A stretch of 62,602 bases of DNA, filler included, from Chiloscyllium plagiosum (lineage: Eukaryota), in assembly GCF_004010195.1 (NCBI RefSeq). It is 5 parts of one record of this genome, joined end to end, with 100 filler letters (N's around TTAATTAATTAA, not from the genome) between each part and the next. Parts side by side here need not be neighbours in the genome. Positions count along the whole stretch, not along the records: positions 30,404 to 43,878 come from NC_057717.1; positions 43,979 to 51,378 come from NC_057717.1; 3 more parts are not named here. One strand, given 5' to 3'. Every line of letters starts with the position of its first letter. Position 1 is the stretch's first letter. The notes beneath the pieces were generated by a model, which saw nothing but the letters and a program-made list of their open reading frames with translations, searched no databases and was not told the DNA's origin. This document shows, in pieces, positions 37,121-49,923 of this stretch. A program made the position numbers and the translations under genes.

Positions 37121-38336
37121 TTGGGAGCCTACTGCGAAGAGCTTCTTTGATGTTTCCTCCGGTGTTTATAGTGGTCTGTTCCTGCCGCTTCCGGTTGTCA
37201 GTTTCAGCTGTCCGCTGTAGTGGTTGGTATATTGGGTCCAAGTCGATGTGTTTGTTGATGGAGTTTGTGGATGAATGCCATGCCTCTAGGAATTCCCTGT
37301 CTGTTCTCTGTCTGGCTTGCCCTATGATAGTAGTGTTGTCCCAGTCGAAATCATGTTGCTTGTTGTCTGCATGTGTGGCTACTAAGGATAGCTGGTCGCG
37401 TCGTTTCGTGGCTAGTTGATGTTCATGTTTGCGGATTGTTAGCTGTCTTCCTGTTTGTCCTATATAGTGTTTAGTGCAGACCTTGCATGGTATTTTGTAC
37501 ACTACATTCGTCTTGCTCATGTTGGGTGTCTGGTCCTTCGTTCTGGTGATTTGTTGTCTGAGCGTGGCTGTTGGTTTGTGTGCCGTTATGAGTCCTAGGG
37601 ATCGCAGTAGTCTGGCAGTCAGTTCCGAGATGCTCCTGATGTATGGTAGTGTGGCTAGCCCTTTTGGTTATGGTATGTCCACGTTCCGTGTTCTTTCTCT
37701 TAGGCATCTGCTGATGAAGTTGCGCGGGTATCCGTTTTTGGCGAATACCTTGTATAGGTGTTCCTCTTCTTCTTTTTGCAGTCCTGGTGTACTACAGTGT
37801 GTTGTGGCCCTTTTGAATAGTGTCCTGATGCAGCTTCATTTGTGTGTGTTGGGGTGGTTACTTTCATAGTTTAGGACTTGGTCTGTGTGTTTGTGGCTTT
37901 TGTGTACTCTTGTAGTGAATTCTCCGTCTGGTATTCTCTGGACCATCACGTCTAGGAATGGGAGTTGGCTATCCTTTACTTCTTCTCTCGTGAATCGGAT
38001 TCCTGTGAGTGTGGTGTTGGTGATCCGGTGTATTTTTTCTATTTCCGTGTTTTTAATGATTACAAACGTGTCATCGACATATCTGACCCAGAGTTTGGGT
38101 TGAATTTGTGGTAGGACTGTTTGTTCTAACCTTTGCATAACTGCCTCTGCTATGAGTCCCGAGATTCCGAGAGGCATGACATTCATCCACAAACTCCATC
38201 AACAAACACATCGACCTGGACCCAATATACCAACCACTACAGCGGACAGCTGAAACTGACAACTGGAAGCGGCAGGGACAGACCACTATAAACACCGGAG
38301 GAAACATCAAAGAAGCGCTTCGCAGGAGGCTCCCAA

Positions 38337-38376
38337 GCACTGATGATGTCGCCTAGCCAGGGGACGAAACGTTTGC
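38337..38376 (+). ncRNA. Minimal hammerhead ribozyme motif
   Basis: gca CTGATGA t gtcgcc tagcca ggggac GAAACGTT tgc, identical to the minus-strand copy; GUU site. Confidence 0.72.
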
Positions 38377-38489
38377 AACAAAAACTTCCAGCTCGGCGAA
38401 CAGAACCACAACAACAGTATACTTGCTATCGTTCCCGTTAAGGATGGTGAACGAAATAAGGTTATCATTTTGAATCGTGAGACTCAGGA

Positions 38490-39145
38490 AAGTTCAGTGA
38501 ATCAGAAAAACCTTAAACTGGATGTACACAGATCCTTGAAGATAGCAGATCAGGTACAAAAATCGTTCAGATGAATTGCTTTATTAGTCGAGCCATTATA
38601 TACAAGAGCAGGGAGATTATGATGGAGTTGCACGTAACTTAAGTTGAGCCACTGTTCGAATAGTGTATAGAGTTCTGGTCATCATATTATTGGAAGGGAG
38701 GATTTACGCTGGAGGATGTACAGAGTAGATTCATCAGAATGTCCTCTGGGCTTGAGAAATCTAGGTTTAAGGAAATAATTAGATTGTCTTCGGTTGATTT
38801 CCATAAAACATAAAGCCTGAAGAGGGACCTGGTTGGAATGTACAAAGCGCTGAGAAACAGACATGTTTGATAGAGAAACATTTCCCATTCGTAGAGAAGT
38901 CAATAATCAGATGGCAGGAGGATTTGGGGGGTTAGAAGTGAGCCGAAAGATGAAAGAGTTTACCTGTATGTCACTGTCTAAAAAGCTGGCAGAAGCAGTA
39001 ACTCTGAATAAATTAAAGCATTTCGGTCCAAAGCGTACTACATCTGTGCCAAGAGCTGGAAGACTAGATCAGAATAGGTGCTTGATTTATAACAGGCATC
39101 GGCACAAAGGAGGGAATTTCCTCTTCCACAATGTAGAAACGTTAT
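38490..39145 (+). mobile_element. Old CR1 3' portion
   Basis: ttgagccactgttcgaatagtgtatagagttctggtc (xPLFE*CIEFWS), ctggaggatgtacagagtagattcatcagaatg (LExVQxRFxRM) and ctgaagagggacctg. Confidence 0.7.
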
Positions 39146-40459
39146 GATACCCTCCATCTGTCCTTCTCCGCCCCATTACCTCAGTCTCCGATATTTCTCT
39201 CTGTTCTATTAGCTGATACCATATGATAGACAGCAAAGTATCGAATGTATTGTAGAACTGTAAATGTTACTCCATGAAGTTCACGTTGTCTCTTAATGCT
39301 ACAAAAAGGTGTTATTTTACTTTTCTAATAACATCTTTCCCACTGTGGCACAATCTCCTTGCATGCAACTTTTGAAAGTATTTATTTTCCTTTCTATTCC
39401 AAGCAACGTGACTCATTCACACCCACATACATTCCAATTAGTTTTTCCTTTTCCACTCCTAAAATGTCCATATCCGTTGAGAGCGTCTTTGCGTCCTCTC
39501 AGCTTCGTTCTCACTGACCATTTACTTTCTGTCAATCTGGACATATCATTTCAATCGTTTATTTAGGATGTCAGCAAATTTTCAGTGACACCGACAGTCG
39601 GAAGAAATTATCAAACACACAGTAGTTAGCAGATACAGAGTTAGGGCTGCGCGAAATAATTCACTACAAACATTACCTCCCAGGCCAGGCACAGTAAATA
39701 GTTTATTTGTTAAATACTGCAGTGTAGCAAGAGTCAAAACATTGTGAGTTCTATATTATCAACAACGGTTAAACTATTTCACAAATTACCATCAAATTTC
39801 GTTCTTTGATGCCCTCTGAGCTATCCTGATCACTGTTAGATTCCTGATTCTTAAAATGCACGAGAACAATCAAACTAATCCCACGTTCTTGGTCCTGCTC
39901 CAAAACGTAACATCTGTTTCCAATAATTGACTCGTATAACATAATGGAGGGGGTGGTTCTCGAGCCTGACCCAGCTGTGTGAATATGCTGTATTAATCCA
40001 GGGGTTGCTTCATGAAGCTTCAGAATTTCAAAAACCTAATAAACTTTTGTCATTCCACGACCCTTAACAACTGCGTATGTGAATGTGCTTGTGAGAGTTT
40101 AAGCCAGTCTGATCGACGGTGAAATGTCTCCAACCATACCCGTCTGTTCCCCAGCAATGCTGCATCAAGCCACCCTACTCCATTTTCTAACAGACGCTGG
40201 TCGCACATCATGTTTGTTGACTTAGTGATGGCCTAATTACCTATTAATGCCCACTGGTCACATTCCATTAATTTTCCGTACTAACCGACAATGTTCCAAC
40301 ACTCGCTCTGTTTCCATTAACAACCATCATGGACCCACCACTGACCTATTTCCCTAGTGACACGCTGCTGATTCACGACTACTCTGTTCCCCTAACAACT
40401 TTTAGCTTCACTCCCACTATGTTTATTGGCAATGGTTTGTGTCCCCACAAATCACCTAG

Positions 40460-40630
40460 CAATAAAACAGAAATAACTGCCGATTCTGCAAAGCAGGAAC
40501 AAAATCAAAGTTGCTGGAAAAATCACTGTTAACTTTTCGGATTCAGTGACCATTCCAAATATTTGAAGAAGATATTTCCTCACAGATGCTGTCAGACCTG
40601 CAGACCTTTTCCAGTAACTTATGTTTTTAA
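40460..40630. mobile_element. Highly decayed inverted pLTR pair
   Basis: aaagttgctggaaaa ... ttttccagtaactt inverted arms with cagatgctgtcagacctgc; remnant minus-strand ggtcactgaatccgaaaagttaac. Confidence 0.45.
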
Positions 40631-40639
40631 TCGCCCAGC

Positions 40640-42560
40640 AATGTCCAGTTGTCCCACATTAACTCTGTTCCAGTAGCAATGGTCTGGGCCCCACCCAGAT
40701 TCCTGCCCCTTAGCAACAGCCAGTGGTCCCACCCTTATCAGATGTCAATGAAAAAGGTCCTGTGGATAACACCCATCAATTTCTCTGACCAAAGGCCTGC
40801 TGCTCCCATACCTGCTCTATATTGTCCCACACATAGTCTGCTTGCCTACCAACAAACTGCAGCCTCACGTATACTCTAGTCCTCTAGATATGGTCGGTGT
40901 ACCGACTCTAACTCCATTCTCCTCACACTGAGCTTGTGCGTCAACTTCCACTGTTCCCTTGTTAACGGCCCATATCTCCAAAACGTTTTGTTCCTATTGC
41001 AATACGTTGCGGCAATGAACACTTTGTTCTGCCAGCAATGATCTGTGAATCCATACTCACTCTGTTTCCTTAACAAGAGTTTTCCCACTACATCAGCGCT
41101 CTCCTACGAATGATGATTGGTACAAAATCGTCTAAAATCTCCGACCAACGTCCTGAAATCCGAATTTCACTCTGTACCTCTAGCAATGGTCTGTGGTCCA
41201 AGATGTTCGACTCTGAACGGCCTCTTGCCAACCACGCCCTGTTCCTCTGGCAGCGACTAGGCATTACCCCACCCACATACTTTACATAGCAACAGCCTGT
41301 GACTCCTCACCCTAATGAGTTTCCCAAGCCAGTTTCCCGAGCAATGGCCTGCATTCTCACCCCATAGTAATTGCCAGGCAATGCCCTTGCATCCACCCCA
41401 AACACTGTTTCTCTAAAACAGTGAGTTGTCCTGCACTCACTCTGCCTCCCTAGCAATAGCCTGTGAACTCATGTGAACTCTATTCTCTCAACAACATTCA
41501 GTGGTGCAACACCCACATTTTCGGCTCGAAAGAGACTGAGGCCCCATCCGCAGTCTGTTCGCCCATCAAAAGCCAACAGCCTAGCACAATTGTATTTCCC
41601 TTTCCACACGATTCCCGAAGAATGAGCTGAGCTCACATATCCACGCTTTTCCCCAATCAAAGCCAGCAGCCCAAATCACATCTGTTTCGCCTTGAAACTG
41701 ATTTTCACCCAACTCCCATAATATGCCCTAACAATGACCTGAGGACTCACGAACTCATTTTCCCCCGGCAATGACCTATGAATTTTCCCCACTTTAATTG
41801 GTATCATAATGGCCAGTGATTCCGCACCCAAGGTTTTCACTGAGTAACTGGCCTGTACCAATCATACCATTCCCAAGGCAATGCCCTTCAGAACCAGCTT
41901 CACACTGATCACTTAATAAAGGTAATTTATTCCACAACCCAGCCTATTACTTAGCCAAGTACATTTATTTCACTTTATTCAATTAATCACAATTTCTGCC
42001 CCTACCCACACTTGGTTCTGTCATATGGGCTTTGACCCCATTCACAACTGTGATTATCCCTGAAACTGCCTGCAACCCAACTTCCTCTCTAATACCCTAG
42101 CAATGGCCTGCGACCGTACCCCCACACCTTTCCACTGGGAATGGCTAGTTGCATCACACATTGATCCCTCGCAAAATGAGTATGATCTCAAAGCAACATG
42201 ATCACTTGTAACGACCTGTGACCCATCACAATTGTATTCCCCTCGTAACTGACTTAGTTCCCACATTGAACCTACCGCTATTGCAAGGACTGATGATCCA
42301 ACAGCTACTTTGCTAATCTAGCAACGGCTGGATCACCCACTCCCACACTGTTCCAAGGCAAAGAACTTTATCGAACCCCCACAGTACTCCTGCAAAAAAG
42401 GCCAGTCCTCTACCCACAATTGTGCCCTCCAGTGATGCTACACCCACTGTGCCCCTTAAGTTGGCCTTGGACCAAGCCCCAGCAACAGCCTGAGTCTGCA
42501 CACTTGTTTTGTTCCCCGAGCAGAAGACTGTGGTCCGTCATCCATTCTATTGCCTCTACA
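40640..42560. repeat. Ancient, strongly degenerate tandem repeat
   Basis: Recurring (c)tagcaatggcctgtg...cccaccc motif (e.g. 40675, 41181, 41340, 41451, 42098); period not measurable by eye. Confidence 0.6.
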
Positions 42561-43170
42561 ATGGAAAGTGAGAAAGGATTACATAAAGAGAGTTATGAAG
42601 TGTGTGAGGGAACTCGTAGATAGGGAGATTGGAGATAGATAGTGCAAGAGGGAGATAGAGTGAAGAAAAACGGGCGAAGGAGGAGAGAGAGAGAAGCAAG
42701 AAAATGGGAGGGAATTACAGGAGGAGACATCAACAAAGAGAGAGATTCTGACAGTGGAACGAATGTATGGAGAAAGATCGAGAAAGGGAGAAATATGGAT
42801 TTGCCCGAGCCGAGGTCAGAGCGGATAACACCGGAGGTGAAGGCAAAAATAGAGTTACTTTAAACCCAGCACCTAATTCTGGCCCAGGTCCTCCGATTTC
42901 ACTGAGGCTCGAGTTTGTCTTTTTTTGAGCTCAGTTATTTTAACAGGAAGACAAGTGAAATACTATTAATTCTGTCGCCTGGCTGTTTTTAATTATCATT
43001 ATTATCATTTACAAATGGAAGTTATAGATCCAGTAAGTGGAATGGTAATTTTCCACACAGCATTGTGTTGATAGAAATCTTGAAATGTGTCCCAGTAACC
43101 TGTGCGATAAGTTTGAACAATCAGGACTACCTTCAGTCCGTTAACAAAGGGAGAGTTTGCTTTGTCTAAT

Positions 43171-43878
43171 TTAGGTAAAGGGATATTTCAACACAGTTAT
43201 CAGCTGCTGTCTGAACTTAGTCTGGGTCACCGCATAAATTGCGGTGTTTGTGCAGCAACTGAGGAGCTGCAGCATGAAGCCCAGTTGCATAAGACAGTTA
43301 TCCAGATACACAGACCTATACCCAAACCAATACATTCGGAAACATATGGAATACACCATTAACATTGACCAGAATAGGATAAAATTGGCCGAGATCACAA
43401 ACATTAATATAATTGCTCTTTTTCGACTTTGCATTTCTGTGTCACATAGAATGTTCCTATTATTGTCAGCCTGAAGTCTCCTGCGAGCTCTGCTAGTCAC
43501 TAAAATGTATCTGATGGTGAAACTATTGAGCAGTAGAATGAATAGAAATGGGAGGGCCGGGGTTATAATGTGGTGGAGGAACTCGATTGTAACCCAGACT
43601 TGAGACTCACGTACGTCCATTGTTATCTCACAAAACCAGGGATCGTTCACCAGCCAATACCGATCTGTGAGCATAAAATACCAGAAAATGTTCTTTAAAC
43701 AGCCCAACACAGTCAATGTTCCCAGCACCACAGCTGCCGTTTTCTCACTGCAATATTTACTTTTTCGCTTCTGGCAGCAAATGGCCACAAATCGATCAAA
43801 GGTGAAAGTGACGGTAAACCAGACTGAACAGTCAGTGGCTGCATAAAGCAGGACGGCGTGGATATTACACACAGGGAT
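43171..43878 (-). CDS. Class A (rhodopsin-like) GPCR of the shark-expanded GPR139-like type; TM3-TM7 and C-terminus, 5' part lost in a gap
   Basis: Open frame of 236 codons from the gap edge. IPVC (TM3 Cys), SVWFTVTFTFDRFVAIC (DRY-like), ECL2 PWFC, TM5 LPFLFILLLN, TM6 ISANFILFW, TM7 SCCTNTAIY, helix 8 TQTKFRQQL. Confidence 0.9.
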   Translation of the reverse strand: MPVCNIHAVLLYAATDCSVWFTVTFTFDRFVAICCQKRKSKYCSEKTAAVVLGTLTVLGCLKNIFWYFMLTDRYWLVNDPWFCEITMDVRESQVWVTIEFLHHIITPALPFLFILLLNSFTIRYILVTSRARRRLQADNNRNILCDTEMQSRKRAIILMFVISANFILFWSMLMVYSICFRMYWFGYRSVYLDNCLMQLGFMLQLLSCCTNTAIYAVTQTKFRQQLITVLKYPFT

Positions 43879-43978
43879 NNNNNNNNNNNNNNNNNNNNNN
43901 NNNNNNNNNNNNNNNNNNNNNNTTAATTAATTAANNNNNNNNNNNNNNNNNNNNNNNNNNNNNNNNNNNNNNNNNNNN

Positions 43979-45590
43979 GTGTCTTCTGGAAAGTATTTGG
44001 TTCCGTTCCTGCTGCTGCTGGTAAGCAGTTCTGGTTGTTCATTGTCGAGGCAAATATATTTAGTCCACATCAAAGTATTTGTAGATAGAGTCCGTGGCAG
44101 AGTGACATGTTTCTAGAAGTACCTAAACTGCCCTTTGTTTAGATTCTCCTGTGACCGTTGTGTTGTCCCAGTCAACGTTGTGGTTCTTGTCATCTGTGTG
44201 CATGGCTATTGGGACAGCCGGTCATGCGTTTAGTGGCCAGTTGGTTTTGGTAGATGAGAAATGCTGGTTGTCTGCTCGTTTGACGTATATAGTGGGTTTT
44301 TTTTGCAGTGTTTGTATGGAGTTTTGTAAATTATTTTAGTCTTGCACATGAAGGGTATAGGGTGTTTTGTTCTGGTGATTCGTTGTCTGAGCGTCGCAGT
44401 TGATGTTTGGGTTGTAATGAATCCGAATAGTTGGAGCAGTATGGCTGTCTGTTCAAGACATTTTTTTTATGTGAAGTATCATGGCTAGTGAGTTAGGGCG
44501 CGGCATTTCCTCGTCCCGTTGTTTGCGAGTTTAGCAACTGTGGATGACGATGCACCTCTTTAGTTGTTCTTCTTCCTTCCTTCTCAGGTTTGATGTGGTG
44601 CACTCTGTTGTAGCCCGATTGAAGAGGGTCGTAACGCAGCTTATTTTGTACATGTATCGGTGGATGCTGCTGTAATTCAGGACACTGTGTGGCTTTCGTG
44701 TACACTTTTGTGGTGTATTTATTGGTCTGTGTTCTTTGTACCATTACATCCAGGAACGGGAGATGATTGTTGGTTTTCGCCTCTCTCATAAATTTGATGG
44801 TTGTGAGCATGGTTTTGATAATGTGGCGTGTATTCTCGATTTCTATTCTCTTAATGTGTTGTCTTCCTATCTGATCTAGAGTTTGTGTTTGGTGTTTGAT
44901 AAGGCTGTTTGGTCAAATCTTTGAATCACTGCTTCTGTTGTCAGCCAAAGGTGGGTGAGCAAAGTAGTGTTCCATTGATTTATTTATATATTTTCTGTAT
45001 CGTCAAGCACAGGTCCAGTATTTTGAGCATGTATTCTTTGTTGTTCAGTTCCCCGTCATGCTATCTGTTCTGCTTATCCAGAAGGTTTGATGTTGTGCCT
45101 CTGTCTGGAAATGCGTTAATTGAAATGTACAATGCCATTACATTAAAGTAGACGATTGTATCATCCGTGTCTGCATTTATGTTCATGACTTTGTCTCAGA
45201 ATTCTTGTGATGATTGCTTGGAGTGTTCGGATCAGCTAATAAAATGTTATAGTTTTCCTTGGAGTTGTTTTGCCATTTTATGCGATGACATTCTCGGGAG
45301 TGCCACAATGTGTCTAATTTGTATTTGTAGATTATGTCCTTTGGGTTATCCGTTAAAACTTGGGATGTTGTTATTATCTGGCTTCATCATCTGTAGATCA
45401 ACCCGAGTTATTAATCCCTTTATTTTACAGTTCTGTCGTGTGTGGTTTGTTCAGATGATGAGCTGTGGAGTGAGGACACACTCCCTCTGTGGGTATGTGA
45501 CAGTATCTGCAAGTAGCTTCTCTGCTTTCTGAATATATTCTGTCTTGTGCATGATAACTGGCATTCTGCCTTCTCCACTGGTACTATGAT
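43979..45590 (-). mobile_element. Old Penelope/Poseidon-type element (RT plus GIY-YIG), degenerate
   Basis: IKFMREAKTNNHLPFLDVMVQRT...YTTKVYTKAT. The gtgttgtcccagtc motif (DWDNT) at about 44160 is homologous to 37333. Confidence 0.85.
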
Positions 45591-45799
45591 GGGCTCACTT
45601 TAAACTTCTGCAATCTATCAATATAATTAAAGTTAGAAAGATGCATAACTGATTGTATAATGAGAATGAAGGAAGAAGTGAATATTCTCATTTGGATCCG
45701 ATGTGTTTCTGTGCAGCACGCTGTTCACCTTCTTCCCACATTTTGACGCACTTAGGAACAATGTGCATAGGTCACGTCTGTAAATTGTAATAAGAATGT

Positions 45800-46190
45800 T
45801 AGAATGATTGCAAAGAAAATTTCAAAGGATGATGCCAAAAACTGAGAGACTGTAACTTTTCGGAAATGTCTGAAACACCTTGATGCTATTTCTTCTGGAA
45901 AGTGGAAAATCAAGAATCAGATGAACGACATAGTTTAAAATTAAGAAGGGAATCGTTGAGGCAAATGTCGAGAAGGTGATTTCCACTTGTGATTCCATTG
46001 AATATTGGTCATCAATAAATTGCAATCATTCCTAAAGTTATTAAGTTATCATGAGAAACATATTATACACAGAGAGGCCAGAAGGTGGCGCTTGCTACTA
46101 AATGAAGCAGAGGAGGCAGATTCATAGGAATATACACAGTGTGGCCACAATGGGCCAAATAACGTTCTTTTGTACTGGAACGCTTCTATA
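45800..46190 (+). mobile_element. Old CR1 3' end
   Basis: caaaggatgatgccaaaactgaga and terminal atgggccaaataacgttcttttgtactg. Confidence 0.5.
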
Positions 46191-46739
46191 TATGTTACAG
46201 GGAAGCTTTTCTGATTCTAGAAATAGTAAAGGATAGGAAACAGTGAAAATTTTTGAATGGACTGGGTGGCAGAAAGATCAGGTGGAACATAAACAACAGT
46301 TCAGAAAGAGGGAGAAAATACATTGGCATGTCTCAGAGCTATATATCCAAAGCAGCAAGTCTACAACATGGTGTGTGACACACAAACTCCGGTAACGGTG
46401 TGACTACAGATGCAGGTACAGTTTAGAAAAGGAAGGTGGTTGGTTTTGGCAGTCAAAACACAGCATGCTTAATCAAACAAGCAGTTGTCTTCGAAATATT
46501 CTGTCTGTGCATGCGCAAAAGTGAAACACAGTGCGTCAGCAAAGTTCAGGAATTAGAAGTGTTGAGATTCCAAAACAAAAGTAATGTAAAACTTTCTGTC
46601 TTCGATTGACAATTTCACTACCTTACCAGGAGGAGTAGCAACTTGAATTTGCATTGTGCTTTCAACACTGTAAATCGTTGAAAGCAACTTCAGTAATTGT
46701 CCTCATGCACAAGTTTACACTGAGTTTAAAGAGGGGATA

Positions 46740-47530
46740 GACGGATGAGGTTGCCAGGAGTAGAACATTCTGTGCATCAGGCCACCATTCAATAAGACTA
46801 AGGCCTCAACTTCTCTCTGACCAACTCTTCATTGTCAACAGCCCGTTAATATTTACAACTTCTGTCCATTTCGTAATTTAAAAAAAAATATTTCAGTGAT
46901 CTATTGTCCAGAAAATTCTAGGACAGAAGATTTCTAACATTGATTAATGTCTGAGAGAATAAATGTCGTCGCATCTTGCTTTTAATTAGTATCACCTTAG
47001 CAGGGAGTGGAACCATCTTCTTAAATTTTACCCTGTCCAGCCCCTGGGACATCATGGTCGCATAAGTTCATCTTCCATCCTGGTTAAGCCTTTTGATTAA
47101 AGTCATGTTTATCCATTTTTGAAGCATTGAAACCTTCATCCGAGGCATCAGCCTAATGAATCTCTACGAAGGTCCGTTCAGTGTCAGGCTCTCCTTTTTA
47201 AAATGTGTGTTCAAGACTGTACACAATACTTCAGGTGCAGTTTCACAAATGCCATTACTGTTACAATCAGACCTCCCAGAGTTTAAACTCCGTCACCCTC
47301 ATAATAAAGTCCAAAATTCAATTGACTGTCTTAATTCCTTGCTGATCCTGCTTGCTTAGATTTTCAATTTTATGCAGAAGAACACGCACTTCACTTTGTA
47401 CCTCAGCTTTTATGGACTTTCTCTTTAGTTAAAGAACAAACTGAATAGTTTCATTCTTCCTATCAATGAAGATATCACATATTTCCCGATTTTGCACCCC
47501 ATCAAACACTTTTGTTCTCACTCAGTGAAT
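46740..47530 (-). mobile_element. Old CR1 3' end
   Basis: caggagtag...caggccaccattcaataaga and actgtacacaatacttcaggtgcagtttcac (reverse of VxxHLxYCVQ). Confidence 0.6.
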
Positions 47531-48269
47531 CTATATATACATATATCCACTGAGAGATTTGGATGGCCTCAACAGAAATAAACTGCCGTCTTTTTTGCAT
47601 CATCACCTAATCTGGAGACATTTCACTCTCACTCTTCTGCAAGTTATTCAAACAGATCGTACGATTTATTCTTCTTGCACTTCACAAGTTATTTATTTCC
47701 AAAATGAAAAAGACTTAATAATCTCAACTCTGTCTTCTGATTGCTTTCAATCTCGTTCTCAATCCATGCTAATTTTTTACTGTCAACACTGAGCACTCCA
47801 TTCTTGTGCAATATCCTTTCAGCTAACACTTTATCGCATGTCCTCTGATAATCCAATTACACAACATCTGCAGGTTAACGTTCAGCAGACTTGCTTCTTT
47901 GATCCACAGAAAACACAAACAAATTTGTGAAACTTGATTGTGTCAATTACAGGCAATTTCTGCATAAAACCAGTTATCCAGCGCACCATTTCTTTTCCAA
48001 GCTGTCGTTTTGTTTTGATACTCCCATTGATGGCCTTTGATCATCTTAGGTTATCCAATTTCTCACTATCTCCTTCATTTTGATAATAATATACAAAAAA
48101 TCGAACAAACAAATAATACCTGGTAAATTCCCCGCCACAATTTATCCATTCATCTTGCTCGAGTGTGTTTGCACATCTCACTTCAAACAAAAATTAAGCC
48201 CTTCAGCAGTTAGTTAGTCGGTCAGTTTTGTTCAGTCCTTGCAATGGTATGCCTCGCACGGCTGAACAT

Positions 48270-49730
48270 ACAGAGATATATTGTCATACGGTATAGAAAT
48301 AGACTCTTATGTTCAACTTGTTCATGCAGACCAGGTTTTCTGAACTAAGCACGTGCCGGTTGCCTGCATTTCACACGCATAACACTGAACATTTCATTTT
48401 CATGCAGCTATCCAAATAGCTTTAAAATGTTGTGAATGTACTCACCTCTACGACTCCTTCTGACAGCTCATTCATCATAATCACTAACCTCTGTCCCTTT
48501 TGAACCTTCCCCTTCTCACCCACAACGTATGCCCACTCATTGTGGTCTTCCGTTTCATGGAGAATAGACCTCGGCCATTCATCTAATCCATGCCTGCCTG
48601 GATTTTGCAAAACTCAGCAAAGTCAGCCTTCAGCCCGCGACACTGAAGGGAAAAAGTCGAAGCGTATGGAGTTGGTCCTTATAGATTAAGCATACTCGCC
48701 TTAATTGCTCAAAACGTTTCAGTGTATGAGTTGCAACGCCATGTTCATGCTGCACAGGTCGTAGGTGAGGCTACCTTTAGAGTATTGCGTGCCCTTATGA
48801 TCGCACTGTTATAGAAAGGATATTACTCAAGAGGGGAGGGTTTCAGGAAATAGTTGCCAGGATGATTCCAGGTATGGAGGGTTTTAGTTACAAAAATACC
48901 CTTGGAATTTTTTTTTCCACTGGATAAGAGGCGGTTGTGTGTGACTGATTTCTGTGACTGATTTTACTGATTTATAACATGTTGAGGGGGACTATTATGG
49001 AGAATAGCAAATTCGTTTCCCTGGGGTGAGCGCGTTCAAAACTGGAGTGCATGTTTTTCAGGTGAGAGGAAGAAGATTTAAAAAGGACATGAGGGAGAAC
49101 ATTTTAACATAGAGGGAGAACCGTTTGTGGAAAGAAATGACAGAGGAAGTGAAGCATGCATATATGGTTACAATGTTGAAATGACATTTGGATAGGTCCA
49201 TGAGTAGGAAATATATAGAAGGATATGTGTCGAACATCATCAGGTGGGATTAATTTAGTTTGAGAATACAGTCGATGTGGACTGCCAAGACTGAAATGTC
49301 TGTTTCCACGCTGTATGTTTCTGTGACAATCTTACCTATGCGGAAAACATTTTTTACATCCATTCCAATTTAATAGCATCCATCCTGTAAGAGGGCACCA
49401 GAACTGCCCGCAGTACAGTACACCAAAAGCAGCCTCACCAATGTTTTGCTCAGCCATAACGTGGCAAATATGCCAAAAAACATCTTATCCACGCTGTCTT
49501 GCTGTGACGCCATTTTGAAGGAAAAAATAATTTCATTCCTTCGTCTGTGTTGAATAGTATTCGCCAGAGGACAGGAATTTAGTGTGAAGTTGATTTGTTT
49601 TCCGAAAATGGAACACTTCGCATAAAACTGAATTAACTTCCATCTACCATTCCTCGGTCGATAAACACAGATGATCAAATTTCATTGTCCTCGAAGGCAA
49701 CATTCCTCATTGTCTATTATACAACCAATT
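48270..49730. mobile_element. Cluster of CR1 3' fragments in alternating orientation (- 48270-48700, + 48740-49330, - 49350-49730)
   Basis: ggtgaggctacctttagagtattgcgtg, tail gtctgtttccacgctgtatgtttctgtgac, and ccagaactgcccgcagtac...cctcaccaatgttttg. Confidence 0.65.
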
Positions 49731-49923
49731 GAGAAACATATTCAATGGACGGACAGTTGATTTGTTTTCCGAAAATGGAACACTTCGCATAAAACTGAAT
49801 TAACTTCCATCTACCATTCCTCGGTCGATAAACACAGATGATCAAATTTCATTGTACTCGAAGGCAACATTCCTCATTGTCTATTATACAATCAATTGAG
49901 AAACATATTCAATGGACGGACAG
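49588..49923. repeat. 167-bp tandem duplication (2 copies)
   Basis: agttgatttgttttccgaaaatgg starts at 49588 and 49755; two mismatches seen. Confidence 0.95.

Larger units (their letters stand above)
37007..38415 (-). mobile_element. Young 5'-truncated Penelope/Poseidon-type element (RT C-terminal half plus GIY-YIG) with inverted terminal arm
   Basis: One frame from about 38167 to 37101: WVRYVDDTF, LPFLDV, NVVYKIPCKVCTKHYIGQTGR, REFLEAWH; only two internal stops. 38170-38415 is the inverted copy of about 37042-37290. Perfect 12-bp TSD AGTATACTTGCT at 36995-37006 and 38416-38427. Confidence 0.96.

Noticed and set aside
46615..46700. Possible GPCR first exon end (cctg|gtaag on the minus strand)
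   Set aside because: The upstream frame lacks a TM1-like hydrophobic segment, the sequence resembles an old L2/SINE tail, and it lies across a linker gap from the GPCR.
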